Shown: piece by piece, positions 34,828 to 44,278 of the stretch
Position numbering within the stretch: the stretch's first letter is position 1
Layout of the letters: every line of letters starts with the position of its first letter
Source: Acidimicrobiales bacterium
GTDB taxonomy: Bacteria > Actinomycetota > Acidimicrobiia > Acidimicrobiales > AC-14
DNA length: 48,335 nt
Direction: 5' to 3'
NCBI GenBank assembly: GCA_038231955.1
Contig: JBBSIS010000001.1
Location: forward strand, 1 to 48,335
Position numbers and translations under genes: made by a program
Notes under the pieces: generated by a model
What the model saw: the letters and a program-made list of their open reading frames with translations, nothing else
Told to the model about the DNA's origin: nothing
Databases searched by the model: none

Positions 34828-34925
34828 GGCCAGGCTGGACTGCGGCACACGGACCGGCCCGCTGAGAGCTGCTGCCTCCCGGCCCTGACTCGGTTCACGG
34901 GGGTACGTTGCGCAGGACCCAGCCG
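34828..34925 (-). ncRNA. ffs: Signal recognition particle RNA (small bacterial SRP / 4.5S type)
   Basis: The minus strand reads GGCUGGGUCCUGCG...GAGUCAGGGCCGGGAGGCAGCAGCUCUCAGCGGGCCGGUCCGUGUGCCGCAGUCCAGCC. The helix-8 motif GUCAGG.CCGG(GNRA)GG.AGCAGC and CGUGUGCCG match E. coli 4.5S RNA. The 5' GGCUGG/CUGCG pairs with the 3' CGCAG/CCAGCC. The ends are accurate to about +/-5 nt. Confidence 0.8.
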
Positions 34926-34971
34926 CTGCGTGAAGCGGCGGACTCTGCGGCGAGGATACCCTGTAGTTGCT

Positions 34972-35056
34972 GGAGGGGTGCGGGAGCGGCCGAACCGGCA
35001 CGCCTGGAAAGTGTGTAGGGGGCAACCCCTCGTGGGTTCAAATCCCACTCCCTCCG
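34972..35056 (+). tRNA. tRNA-Ser (anticodon GGA)
   Basis: The 85-nt sequence folds as a cloverleaf. The acceptor is GGAGGGG/TCCCTCC, the anticodon stem CACGC/GTGTG and the loop CTGGAAA. It has a long variable arm (GGGG-GCAA-CCCC) and a T-arm GTGGG-TTCAAAT-CCCAC. No CCA is encoded. Confidence 0.9.
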
Positions 35057-35121
35057 CTCGTGACCGGACCGGGAGGCTGGTCCTGCAGTCACCGATCTGC
35101 CCTCCATGGGAGGGTGGATCG

Positions 35122-35577
35122 GTGACAGACGACGAGGCCATGGGGCTGGCCCTCACCGAGGCCCGCCTTGCGCTGGAGCATGGAGACGTCCCGGTGGGCG
35201 CCGTCGCCCTCATAGGCGACGCCGTCGTAGCCGCCGGGCACAACGCACGCGAACTGCTCGGTGACCCCACCGCCCATGCCGAGATCCTCGTGCTGCGAGA
35301 CGCGGCCAAGGAGGTCGGAGGCTGGCGGTTGGGCGACATCACGCTGGTCGTCACCCTGGAGCCGTGCCCGATGTGCGCGGGGGCGCTGGTGGCGGCGCGG
35401 GTGGGCCGGGTGATCTTCGGCGCCGCCGACCCCCGTGCCGGCGCCTGCGGCTCGCTGTACAACCTGTGCTCGGATCCGCGCCTCAACCACGACGTCGAGG
35501 TCACCCACGGCGTGCGGACCGCCGAGTGCGCCGAGCTAGTGGCCGGGTTCTTCGCCACCCGCCGATCGGCCCGCTAG
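35122..35577 (+). CDS. tadA: tRNA-specific adenosine deaminase TadA
   Basis: GTG 35122 has GGGAGGG upstream. HAEILVLRDA and TLEPCPMCAGAL zinc-deaminase motifs are present. The 5' part of the track ORF overlaps the tRNA and is rejected. Confidence 0.9.
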   Translation: MTDDEAMGLALTEARLALEHGDVPVGAVALIGDAVVAAGHNARELLGDPTAHAEILVLRDAAKEVGGWRLGDITLVVTLEPCPMCAGALVAARVGRVIFGAADPRAGACGSLYNLCSDPRLNHDVEVTHGVRTAECAELVAGFFATRRSAR

Positions 35578-35587
35578 CCTCCTATCC

Positions 35588-35672
35588 GGAGGGGTGCGAG
35601 AGCGGCCGAATCGGACGGTCTCGAAAACCGTTGTGGCGCAAGTCACCGTGGGTTCAAATCCCACTCCCTCCG
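35588..35672 (+). tRNA. tRNA-Ser (anticodon CGA)
   Basis: The 85-nt sequence has the same acceptor and T-arm as the first tRNA-Ser. The anticodon stem is ACGGT/ACCGT and the loop is CTCGAAA. Confidence 0.9.
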
Positions 35673-35685
35673 CCCGGACAAGAGC

Positions 35686-35724
35686 CCTGGTCGGAAGCGT
35701 AACGAGCCTCTGACCAGGCCTTTT
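35686..35724 (+). terminator. Intrinsic terminator after tRNA-Ser(CGA)
   Basis: A 10-bp stem CCTGGTCGGA/TCTGACCAGG (one G-U pair) with a 13-nt loop is followed by CCTTTT. Confidence 0.55.
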
Positions 35725-35849
35725 GCGCAAGACGGGGGCTCTCGGGAGGTCGCTCCGGACTACCCGAGTGCGTTACCCCGCCCGGCGACGGCAGGAGGTG
35801 CGGACGTAAGCCTGTTGTGCCCGAAGATCCCCTGCCATACCTTGACGGC

Positions 35850-36512
35850 ATGACCGACGCCCCCGCCCCTCCCCGTCCCGACACCAGCGACATGATCGCC
35901 GTGCATCAGGTCTTCCGCGACGCCTTCGGCGACGCACCCCGGCTCATCGGCGGTGCCCCTACCGACGACCCGGCCCGCGTGGGCAAGGTCAGCGGCTACT
36001 ACGCAGAGGTCCTGGACCTGCTGGAGCTCCACCATGAAGGCGAGGACGCCCTGATCTGGCCCAAGCTGCTCGAGCGCTCGCCCGGCGACGCCGAGACGGT
36101 CACGCGCATCGCCGACCAGCACCATGGCGTGTACGACGACCTGAGCGCGTCGCGCTCGGCCCTGGCCGCGTGGCTGGCCGGCCCGAGCGGCGACTCGGCC
36201 GCCGCCCTCGTGGCGGCTCTGGCCGACCTCGACTCCCACCTCGCGGCCCACCTCGACGAGGAGGAGAAGACGATCCTCCCGCTGTGCGCCGCCCATCTCA
36301 CCATGCCGGAGTGGGGGGAACTGCCGGCCCACGCCATGGGCCACTACAAGGGCGAGCGGCCGTGGCTCATCCTCGGCCTCGTCCGGGAACACATGACCCA
36401 GGCCCAACGCGACGACATGCTGGCCCACATGCCTCCGCCCGCCGTGAGCATGTGGCACGACTTCGGCGAGCGGGCCTCGTCTGAGCTGATGGCCGACATC
36501 CGCAACGGTTGA
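35850..36512 (+). CDS. Hemerythrin (HHE cation-binding) domain protein
   Basis: IAVHQVFRD, ELHHEGEDALIWPKL, IADQHH and HLDEEE motifs are present. The start is ATG 35850, with an alternative GTG at 35817. Confidence 0.75.
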   Translation: MTDAPAPPRPDTSDMIAVHQVFRDAFGDAPRLIGGAPTDDPARVGKVSGYYAEVLDLLELHHEGEDALIWPKLLERSPGDAETVTRIADQHHGVYDDLSASRSALAAWLAGPSGDSAAALVAALADLDSHLAAHLDEEEKTILPLCAAHLTMPEWGELPAHAMGHYKGERPWLILGLVREHMTQAQRDDMLAHMPPPAVSMWHDFGERASSELMADIRNG

Positions 36513-36959
36513 GCCGGCATTCGCCCGCTTCCTTGTGGGTATCGACCCGCGCGTCCGACCTTGAGTAATCCGACGGCTACAGGAGCGGCAGCGGTGTGGC
36601 GGAGGTCGTGCCATCGAGTGCGTCTGTGTCGAGACGGACCCACGACGAGGCAAAGGGCGGAAGCCGGACAAGGGTCGCACCCTCGGGTCGATCATCCTCA
36701 ACTCGGAGGATCGCTGGGCGTTCATCCTGCCGCCTGGGATCGGCGTGGTCAACTCAGATCGGTACATCAGCAGGATCGAAATGTTTGAGGGTGGATCCCA
36801 CAAAATGCATGGTTTCGAGGTCATGTGCGACCGCTGCGAACGAGACAGAAACCCCTCAAGTTCCGGCCGGAGAATGCCGATGGAAGTGGAAAGGTGTCGT
36901 CAGCCTGGCGCGCCGGACCGAGCAGAGGGGGCCTCACGGCAAGCCTCAGCGAGCACCCG

Positions 36960-37241
36960 ATGCCCTCCTCGGCGGCGGCTCCGTCGTTCAGCATCAGCCG
37001 GACGGGCGGGACGGTCGTCGTCACCGTCCACGGCGCCATCGGCGTCCAGGAATGGGCCCGCATCCACCCTGCGCTGTGCGATCTCATCGACGCCCAAGGC
37101 AACCTTGACGTCGTCATCGACCTGTGCGAAGTGGTCCGTCTAGAAGCTGACGCGGTGCCGCTGATCGTCCGCGCCGCCCACCAGGCCCACAGCCACGGCG
37201 GCCGCCTGCGCCTGGCCGATCGGGCCTGCCGAAGGCTCTAG
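36960..37241 (+). CDS. STAS-domain protein (anti-sigma-factor-antagonist-like), short and lacking the phospho-serine
   Basis: The sequence reads FSISRTGGTVVVTVHGAIGVQEWARIHPALCDLID..NLDVVIDLCEVVRLEADAVPLIVRA. The usual DSSG position reads EADA. The protein ends about 25 aa early. The start is uncertain (ATG 36960 or GTG 36825). Confidence 0.5.
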   Translation: MPSSAAAPSFSISRTGGTVVVTVHGAIGVQEWARIHPALCDLIDAQGNLDVVIDLCEVVRLEADAVPLIVRAAHQAHSHGGRLRLADRACRRL

Positions 37242-37599
37242 CCGGGCGAGCGGTCGCCGGTGTGGGGATCGTCCGTGCCTGTCTCGGGTTCGACCAGGGC
37301 GGCAACGAGTGTCCGAGCCAGCCAGTTCTCATACTCAGCCGCCGTCCAGCCGCAGCCCTCGGTGAGTAGGTCGAAGATCTCCGGCATCTGAGCACGTAGA
37401 CCTGGTCAGCGGCCCTCTCCACGGTCTGCCCCACGCGGAGTGCTCCAATCGATGCGAGGTCCAGCACTGGGCCTCGGCTGCCGGCGCGGCCGCCGTGCTC
37501 CCTGAGTCTCTCCTCGTCATATTCACCGCCCCCGATCTGTTCGAGGAACTGCGCGACAAGGTCGTCGCGCCGGTACAGGAACTCGCGGACGAGAACCAT
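37238..37599 (-). pseudogene. Frameshifted remnant of an unidentified gene
   Basis: One frame reads MVLVREFLYRRDDLVAQFLEQIGGGEYDEERLREHGG..LASIGALRVGQTVERAADQVYVLR. A second frame continues QMPEIFDLLTEGCGWTAAEYENWLARTLVAALVEPETG..*. Its stop shares the palindrome CTAG with the stop of the convergent STAS gene. Confidence 0.35.
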
Positions 37600-37746
37600 G
37601 CCGACAGCGTACGTACCGCCTACCAACACCCGTGCCCTAAGTGCCCGTGCGCCATCTACTCGCGCGTCACCGGCCAGCAGGCGCTTGCAGCGCAACGGCC
37701 GGTGGCGCCCGGCCGACCAAGTAGTTCGCACGCAGGCCCTAACCTG

Positions 37747-37929
37747 ATGCGCATGGCACGACGAGCTGACGAGTTGCCGAACGATCCGGTCCTTGTCCTG
37801 ATCGACGACGATGAGCCGACCATCACATTCGACGACTGGCTCACCAGCCTGACCCTCGATGAGCCGACCGATGTCGATGCTGGCGCGGCCGAGATCCTTC
37901 GAGAGATTCGCGAGCACGGCGAGCGTTGA
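37747..37929 (+). CDS. Type II antitoxin (VapB-like, small acidic protein)
   Basis: This 60-aa protein (MRMARRADELPNDPVLVLIDDDEPTITFDDWL..AAEILREIREHGER) has a stop TGA that overlaps the TTG start of the PIN gene (TTGA). Confidence 0.55.
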   Translation: MRMARRADELPNDPVLVLIDDDEPTITFDDWLTSLTLDEPTDVDAGAAEILREIREHGER

Positions 37930-38324
37930 CCGCCATCGTTCTCGACGCCTCAGCAGGGGTCGAGATCGCCCTCCAAAGCCCGATCGGTCGGCAGGTCCAG
38001 GCAAAGATCCCCACTGGAGCCACGACCTGGGTTCCCGAGCACTACTTCGTGGAGGTGACGGGTGTCCTCCGTCGCGACGAGATCAACCGGCGCCATTCCG
38101 CGGCCAAGATCCAAGTCGCACTCGACCGGCTGCTCGGCGCCCCGGTCCGACGAGTGTCCGTGCGGCCTCTCGTCGGGGAAGCCTGGCTGCTCCGCCACAA
38201 CATCACGGTTGGCGATGCCCTCTACGTGGTGGTGGCGAGCCAAACCCTCCCTGACGCTCTCGTCGACGATCGTTCTCGGGACCGTGCTGACGACGGTGTC
38301 CTAACCGGGCCGACAACGCTCTGA
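37926..38324 (+). CDS. vapC: PIN-domain toxin VapC
   Basis: It begins LTAIVLDASAGVEIAL (first Asp). PEHYFVEV, TVGDALYVVVA and ALVDDRS supply the further acidic residues. The protein is 132 aa. Confidence 0.75.
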   Translation: MTAIVLDASAGVEIALQSPIGRQVQAKIPTGATTWVPEHYFVEVTGVLRRDEINRRHSAAKIQVALDRLLGAPVRRVSVRPLVGEAWLLRHNITVGDALYVVVASQTLPDALVDDRSRDRADDGVLTGPTTL

Positions 38325-38493
38325 TCAAGGCATGTAGCGAGGCGCGACGGCGGGCTACCGCAGGAGCAGGTTGACGAAAACCGTCAGTATGACGGAGGCG
38401 AGGACCGAGAACAGGATCATCCCCAAGCAGCCGACGCCGCCCCCGAGGGGGCGAACGCTGAACCGCGGTCCTTCGGAGCGCCAGCCGATGACC

Positions 38494-38724
38494 CTAGGCC
38501 TTTGCCTTCGAGATGGCCATGCCCAGGAAGATGCCGACGATGAACCCACCGGCGCCGGAGGCCACGGCTGCGGCCAGTCCGGCCACGCTGGCGGCGCCTG
38601 CGGCCGTCGCTCCCGCCTGGGTGGCGGCCAGGGTGGCCTGCGCCCCGGTACCGGCCGCCATCTGCGTCGCCTGTGCGACCTCGAGCGTGTGGATTCTTTC
38701 GATCAAGTCCCCGTCTTCGGGCAT
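38494..38724 (-). CDS. Small tail-anchored membrane protein of unknown function
   Basis: ATG 38724 has GAAAGGA 6 nt upstream. The N-terminus is MPEDGDLIERIHTLEVAQ, followed by an Ala/Gly/Thr-rich linker and a C-terminal TM helix GAGGFIVGIFLGMAI-SKAKA. Confidence 0.55.
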   Translation of the reverse strand: MPEDGDLIERIHTLEVAQATQMAAGTGAQATLAATQAGATAAGAASVAGLAAAVASGAGGFIVGIFLGMAISKAKA

Positions 38725-38917
38725 AAATTTCCTTTCGGTACTGGATGGGCTGGTGCGCCGGGGTCGGCCGTCAACGCGTCGCCCCCAGGCATCGTCCGCC
38801 AGGCAATCTCCTACCCAAGGCGAGCGCGAGCGGAACCCTCCGAAGTGCCCACGTCGCCCAGTGACCTGCCGAGCGGTTGAAGAAGGTCACAGACGCACCG
38901 GTCCGACAGGCAGACTC

Positions 38918-39403
38918 GTGGACCTGACCTCCCAACCGCGCTACGTCGAGTTCGACGCCGAACGCCTGGAGGAGATCCTGGCGGTCATGGGCGCCATGGG
39001 CGCCGCCCACCAGGGTTGGGTCAACTTCGAGCCTGCCGTACATGTCGAGGACGCCCCGGCCGCCGACGCCGGCTTCTTCTCCCTCTTCTCGGGACGGGGC
39101 CCGGCTGTCCCCCTGGGCACGTGGACACCTCCGGCGGCGCCTCGCCGGGGCCGGTCGGAGCCGGCCATGATCGGGCTCCAGCACCCGGCCGGCGGAAAGG
39201 CCCGGCCCCTGTTGGAGCGGCTGGGCCATCCCGTCCCCGGCGGCTGGCCGGTCACCCAGGATTACGCCAAGAAGGGACTGGTGGTCGCCATCCCGCCCGG
39301 GACGGCCAACGACGACGTCGTCCGTTGGCTGCTCAGGGCGGGATCGCTCATCTCCACCGTTTCCCTCACCGGCCAGTGGCGGGCCGCCATCTATGAGGTG
39401 TGA
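38918..39403 (+). CDS. Hypothetical protein (no family recognised)
   Basis: GTG 38918 lies within track ORF 38513..39403. The sequence has a diverse, protein-like composition (RYVEFDAERLEEILAVMGAMG..DDVVRWLLRAGSLIS..GQWRAAIYEV). Confidence 0.5.
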   Translation: MDLTSQPRYVEFDAERLEEILAVMGAMGAAHQGWVNFEPAVHVEDAPAADAGFFSLFSGRGPAVPLGTWTPPAAPRRGRSEPAMIGLQHPAGGKARPLLERLGHPVPGGWPVTQDYAKKGLVVAIPPGTANDDVVRWLLRAGSLISTVSLTGQWRAAIYEV

Positions 39404-39441
39404 GCCGGAGCTCGCCACGCCGGTTCTCCTAGGGTGGCGAC

Positions 39442-40911
<1,470 letters not shown>

Positions 40912-40974
40912 TCCGCCCTTGGATGGCCCCTGGACCACCAGCCACCGGATGGGGCGCTAGCGTTTCGCCCAGGC

Positions 40975-41508
40975 ATGAGGACGAATGGCGCATTCCGTCG
41001 CCCTGGGAGGGCTGACCAGTTTCGGGAGTGGTGGTACCGCCAGAAGCCGAGCGCACGGGTCAACAAGCTGCTGTACCTGGCCGTCGCCGTCGGTGTGGTG
41101 GCATTCGTCAACGTCGCCAACCGGGACACGACGACCCCGGCCAGCGGCCTGCCGGCCCGGCCGACCGTGACGTCGACGGCGCCACCGACGACCGAGGTCC
41201 AGACCACCCTGCCAGCCACGACGACGACCACGCCACCGACGTCGCTGGCGGTCATCACAACCGTCGCCCGCAAGCCGGTGGTCACGACTCGTCCCACCAC
41301 GACTCGCCCCACGCCCACGACCGCCACGACCAGGCCGGTACCGGCGCCGCCGGCCGCCGATCCCGGTGTGATCTTCACCCCGGCGCCGGCCACCGTCTTG
41401 CCCCCGATCACCGCGCCGTCGATGACGACGGTCCCGCCCCTCGCCACCACCGTGCCGGCCAACACCGGCGCCGTCCCTTCCTCGTCGACGACCACGAGCC
41501 GCCCCTGA
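40975..41508 (+). CDS. Thr/Pro-rich single-pass membrane protein
   Basis: A basic N-terminus and a TM helix (LLYLAVAVGVVAFVNVA) are followed by ~130 aa dominated by T/P/A. The call rests mostly on its position and on the frame being open. Confidence 0.45.
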   Translation: MRTNGAFRRPGRADQFREWWYRQKPSARVNKLLYLAVAVGVVAFVNVANRDTTTPASGLPARPTVTSTAPPTTEVQTTLPATTTTTPPTSLAVITTVARKPVVTTRPTTTRPTPTTATTRPVPAPPAADPGVIFTPAPATVLPPITAPSMTTVPPLATTVPANTGAVPSSSTTTSRP

Positions 41509-41587
41509 TCGACCTCCCCCAACATGGTTTGGCGGGAGATCCCCTGGGTAGCGAGGTGGGTGAACCCGGCCGTCAGTGAGGAGTCGT

Positions 41588-42586
41588 GTGCGTCGCCTCC
41601 GGATTCTGACCTGGCATGTCCACGGCAACTACCTCTGGTACCTGTCGCAGGTGGCGCACGACATCTTCCTGCCGGTGCGCCCCGGCGGCGGTGATGGTTA
41701 CGGCGGTCGGGGAGCCAGCTTCCCGTGGGGCGACAACGTGCACGAGATCCCGGCGGAGGAGGTCCGTGATCTCGACCTCGACGTGGTCCTGACCCAGTCG
41801 CACCGCAACTGGGCCGAAGACCGACCGGCACTTCTCTCGCCGGCCCAACTCGGCCTGCCGCGCGTGCACGTCGAGCACGACCCACCCCGCGCCTCGCCCA
41901 CCGACACCCCCCATCCCGTCGACGACCCCGACGTGCTGCTCGTCCACGTCACCTCGTTCAACCGGTTGATGTGGGACAGCGGCCGGACCCCTACCCGGGT
42001 CATCGAGCACGGCGTCGTCATCCCCGACGGCGTGCGGTACAGCGGGGAGCTCGAACGGGGGCTGGTGGTGGTGAACGGGTTGGCACAGCGGGGCCGGCGG
42101 CTCGGGGCCGACGTGTTCGAACAGGCGCGGGCCGAGGTGCCGCTGGATCTGGTCGGCACGCAGTCGGAAGGGATCGGGGGCCTCGGCGAGGTGCCGCCGA
42201 CCCACCTGGCCGCCTTCGCCGCCCAGTACCGCTTCTTCTTCAACCCCATCCGCTGGACCAGCCTCGGCCTGGCCGTGTGCGAGGCCATGACCATCGGGCT
42301 GCCGATCGTGGCCCTGGCCACCACCGAGATGGTGACCGTCGTCGAGGACGGGGTCTCCGGCTTCATCGCCACCGACCTCGACCGCCTCATCGGTGCCATG
42401 CACGACCTGCTGGGCGACGCCGGCCTGGCCGCCGAGATGGGCCGGGCCGCCCGACGGACCGCTCTCGCGCGGTTCTCGATCGACCGCTTCGTCGACGACT
42501 GGGACGATGCCTTCCGCCTGGTCACCGGCGACATCGAGCGCTCGCGGCCTCGGGCGCCTCGCCTCAGCGCACGGCGGACCGGATGA
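41588..42586 (+). CDS. Glycosyltransferase family 1
   Basis: GTG 41588 follows GAGGAG, with an alternative GTG at 41576. The C-terminal motif is SLGLAVCEAMTIGLPIVALATTEMVTVVEDGVSGFI. Confidence 0.75.
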   Translation: MRRLRILTWHVHGNYLWYLSQVAHDIFLPVRPGGGDGYGGRGASFPWGDNVHEIPAEEVRDLDLDVVLTQSHRNWAEDRPALLSPAQLGLPRVHVEHDPPRASPTDTPHPVDDPDVLLVHVTSFNRLMWDSGRTPTRVIEHGVVIPDGVRYSGELERGLVVVNGLAQRGRRLGADVFEQARAEVPLDLVGTQSEGIGGLGEVPPTHLAAFAAQYRFFFNPIRWTSLGLAVCEAMTIGLPIVALATTEMVTVVEDGVSGFIATDLDRLIGAMHDLLGDAGLAAEMGRAARRTALARFSIDRFVDDWDDAFRLVTGDIERSRPRAPRLSARRTG

Positions 42587-43430
42587 ACTCGTCGATCCTG
42601 GCCACGTAGGCCCGGCGATCCGTGTCGAACGCCTTGGTGTGGCCGACGCCGGGCAGCAGCCACAGCCGACCGTCGGTGACCCGGGCCAGGCGCGGGGCGT
42701 CGGCGGGCGGGATGGTGCGGTCGGCCGACCCTTGGATCAGCAGAGCCGGTGCCGGGAAGGGGCGGTCCCCCAGCTCCCGGGCCACATCCAAGGCGTGGCC
42801 GCCCCCGCTCACCATGGGGTAGATGACCGGGAACAGGGTCGTGAGGAACCCGGGCACATGGGCCCGGAAGGCCACCACGCTGGGGAAGCCGATAAATCCA
42901 CTGTCGGCCACGACCGCCGCCACCTCGGTCCCTCGGGCCACGGAGGCGAGGGCGGCGAAGGCCCCGCCGGAGAAGCCGAGCAGGGCGACGGGGACGCCCA
43001 CGTTGGCGTGGGCCCAGCCCACCGCGTCACGGACGTCGTCGGCCTCCCGCTGGCCGCCGCCATACGGACGTCTCCCGTCGACGTACCCGAGGTCCGGGAA
43101 AAGCAGGCCGTAGCCCAGGTCGTGCAGCGGCGGGCCGACCTCTACCGTCGCCGTGCGGTTGCCGCCGTAGCCGTGGACGATCACGATGACGGGCCGACCG
43201 GGAGCACCGGCGACGTACCAGGCGGGCAGGCCCTGGCCGTAGACGACGTTCTCGAACGCCAGCCCCACCGACGAGGGATCGGGCGCCTGGCGGGTGTCCA
43301 CGCCTCCCCGGGCGATCTTGGTGGCGGCGTAGGCATTGAGCGAGACCCATGCCGTCACCGCTGCGGCCAGCAGGCCGACCACCGTCCGCCGGGGCCAGCG
43401 CCGGCGGGTCGCAGGTGTGGAACGGCGCAC
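42564..43430 (-). CDS. Alpha/beta hydrolase with an N-terminal membrane anchor
   Basis: The TM helix is VVGLLAAAVTAWV. HGYGGN, the nucleophile elbow GFSGGA and a late GVGH are present. The start is GTG 43430 or 43445. The longer track ORF is rejected. Confidence 0.7.
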   Translation of the reverse strand: MRRSTPATRRRWPRRTVVGLLAAAVTAWVSLNAYAATKIARGGVDTRQAPDPSSVGLAFENVVYGQGLPAWYVAGAPGRPVIVIVHGYGGNRTATVEVGPPLHDLGYGLLFPDLGYVDGRRPYGGGQREADDVRDAVGWAHANVGVPVALLGFSGGAFAALASVARGTEVAAVVADSGFIGFPSVVAFRAHVPGFLTTLFPVIYPMVSGGGHALDVARELGDRPFPAPALLIQGSADRTIPPADAPRLARVTDGRLWLLPGVGHTKAFDTDRRAYVARIDEFIRSAVR

Positions 43431-43489
43431 GCGACACCCTGCCACGCACGGCCGTTTGTCGAGGCCCAGAGCCGGGTAGCGGTCGGGCG

Positions 43490-44182
43490 ATGACCCATCG
43501 CCCCCTCGGGACCGTCCTGGTGACTGGTGGGGCCTCCGGCCTGGGGGCGGCCGTGGCTTTGGCCGTCGAGCGGGCCGGCGGCACGCCCGTGGTCCTCGAC
43601 CGGGTGTCCCCGTCCTACGACACCGACCACGAGGTCGTCGACCTCGTCGACAGCACCGCGGCGGCGGCTGCCGTCGCTCGGGTGCTGGAGCGCCATCCCG
43701 ACCTCTCGGCGGTGGTGACGGCGGCGGGCACGGACGCATGCGGGCGGCTGGAAGATGTCGCCACCGACGACTGGGAGCGGGTGATCCAGGTCAACCTGCT
43801 GGGCACCGTCGCCGTGGTCCGCGCCGCCCTTCCCGCCTTGGCCGCCAACAGGGGCAAGGTCGTCACGGTCGCCTCGACTCTGGGCCTGAGAGCCCTCAGC
43901 GACGCCACCGCCTATTGCGCCAGCAAGTTCGCGGTGATTGGTTTCACCCGGGCTCTGGCCGTCGAGACCGCCGGTCGCGTCGGCGTCACCCTCCTCGTCC
44001 CCGGCGGGATGCACACCGCCTTCTTCGACAGCAGGGACGAGCGCTACAAGCCACCGGCCGACGCCAAGCTCAACCAGCCCGACGACGTGGCCGACGCGGT
44101 CCTCTTCGCCCTCGGACAGCCCCCGGGATGCGAGATCCGGGAACTGGTCGTCTGCCCGTCCATGGAGACGTCCTGGCCATGA
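43490..44182 (+). CDS. Short-chain dehydrogenase/reductase (SDR)
   Basis: It starts at ATG 43490. VLVTGGASGLG and YCASKFAV (YxxxK) motifs are present. Confidence 0.85.
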   Translation: MTHRPLGTVLVTGGASGLGAAVALAVERAGGTPVVLDRVSPSYDTDHEVVDLVDSTAAAAAVARVLERHPDLSAVVTAAGTDACGRLEDVATDDWERVIQVNLLGTVAVVRAALPALAANRGKVVTVASTLGLRALSDATAYCASKFAVIGFTRALAVETAGRVGVTLLVPGGMHTAFFDSRDERYKPPADAKLNQPDDVADAVLFALGQPPGCEIRELVVCPSMETSWP

Positions 44183-44278
44183 GTGAAGGAAGAGTGAGAG
44201 CGTGACCCCCACCACCGCGGCGAAGCCGCGCAAGGTGGCCCCCAAGACGGCGGCGAAGGCCGCCAGTCCCAGCCCGGA

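Noticed and set aside
34780-35121. 5' part of ORF 34780..35577, and ORFs 34504..35025 and 34758..35558 (-)
   Set aside because: They run across the SRP RNA and tRNA-Ser(GGA) genes. TadA homology begins only at GTG 35122.
35673-39440. tRNA-Ser-adjacent genomic island with an att duplication
   Set aside because: I found no integrase or recombinase ORF. I also found no convincing direct repeat of the tRNA 3' end (TTCAAATCCCACTCCCTCCG) downstream. Only the local low-G+C debris patch is reported.
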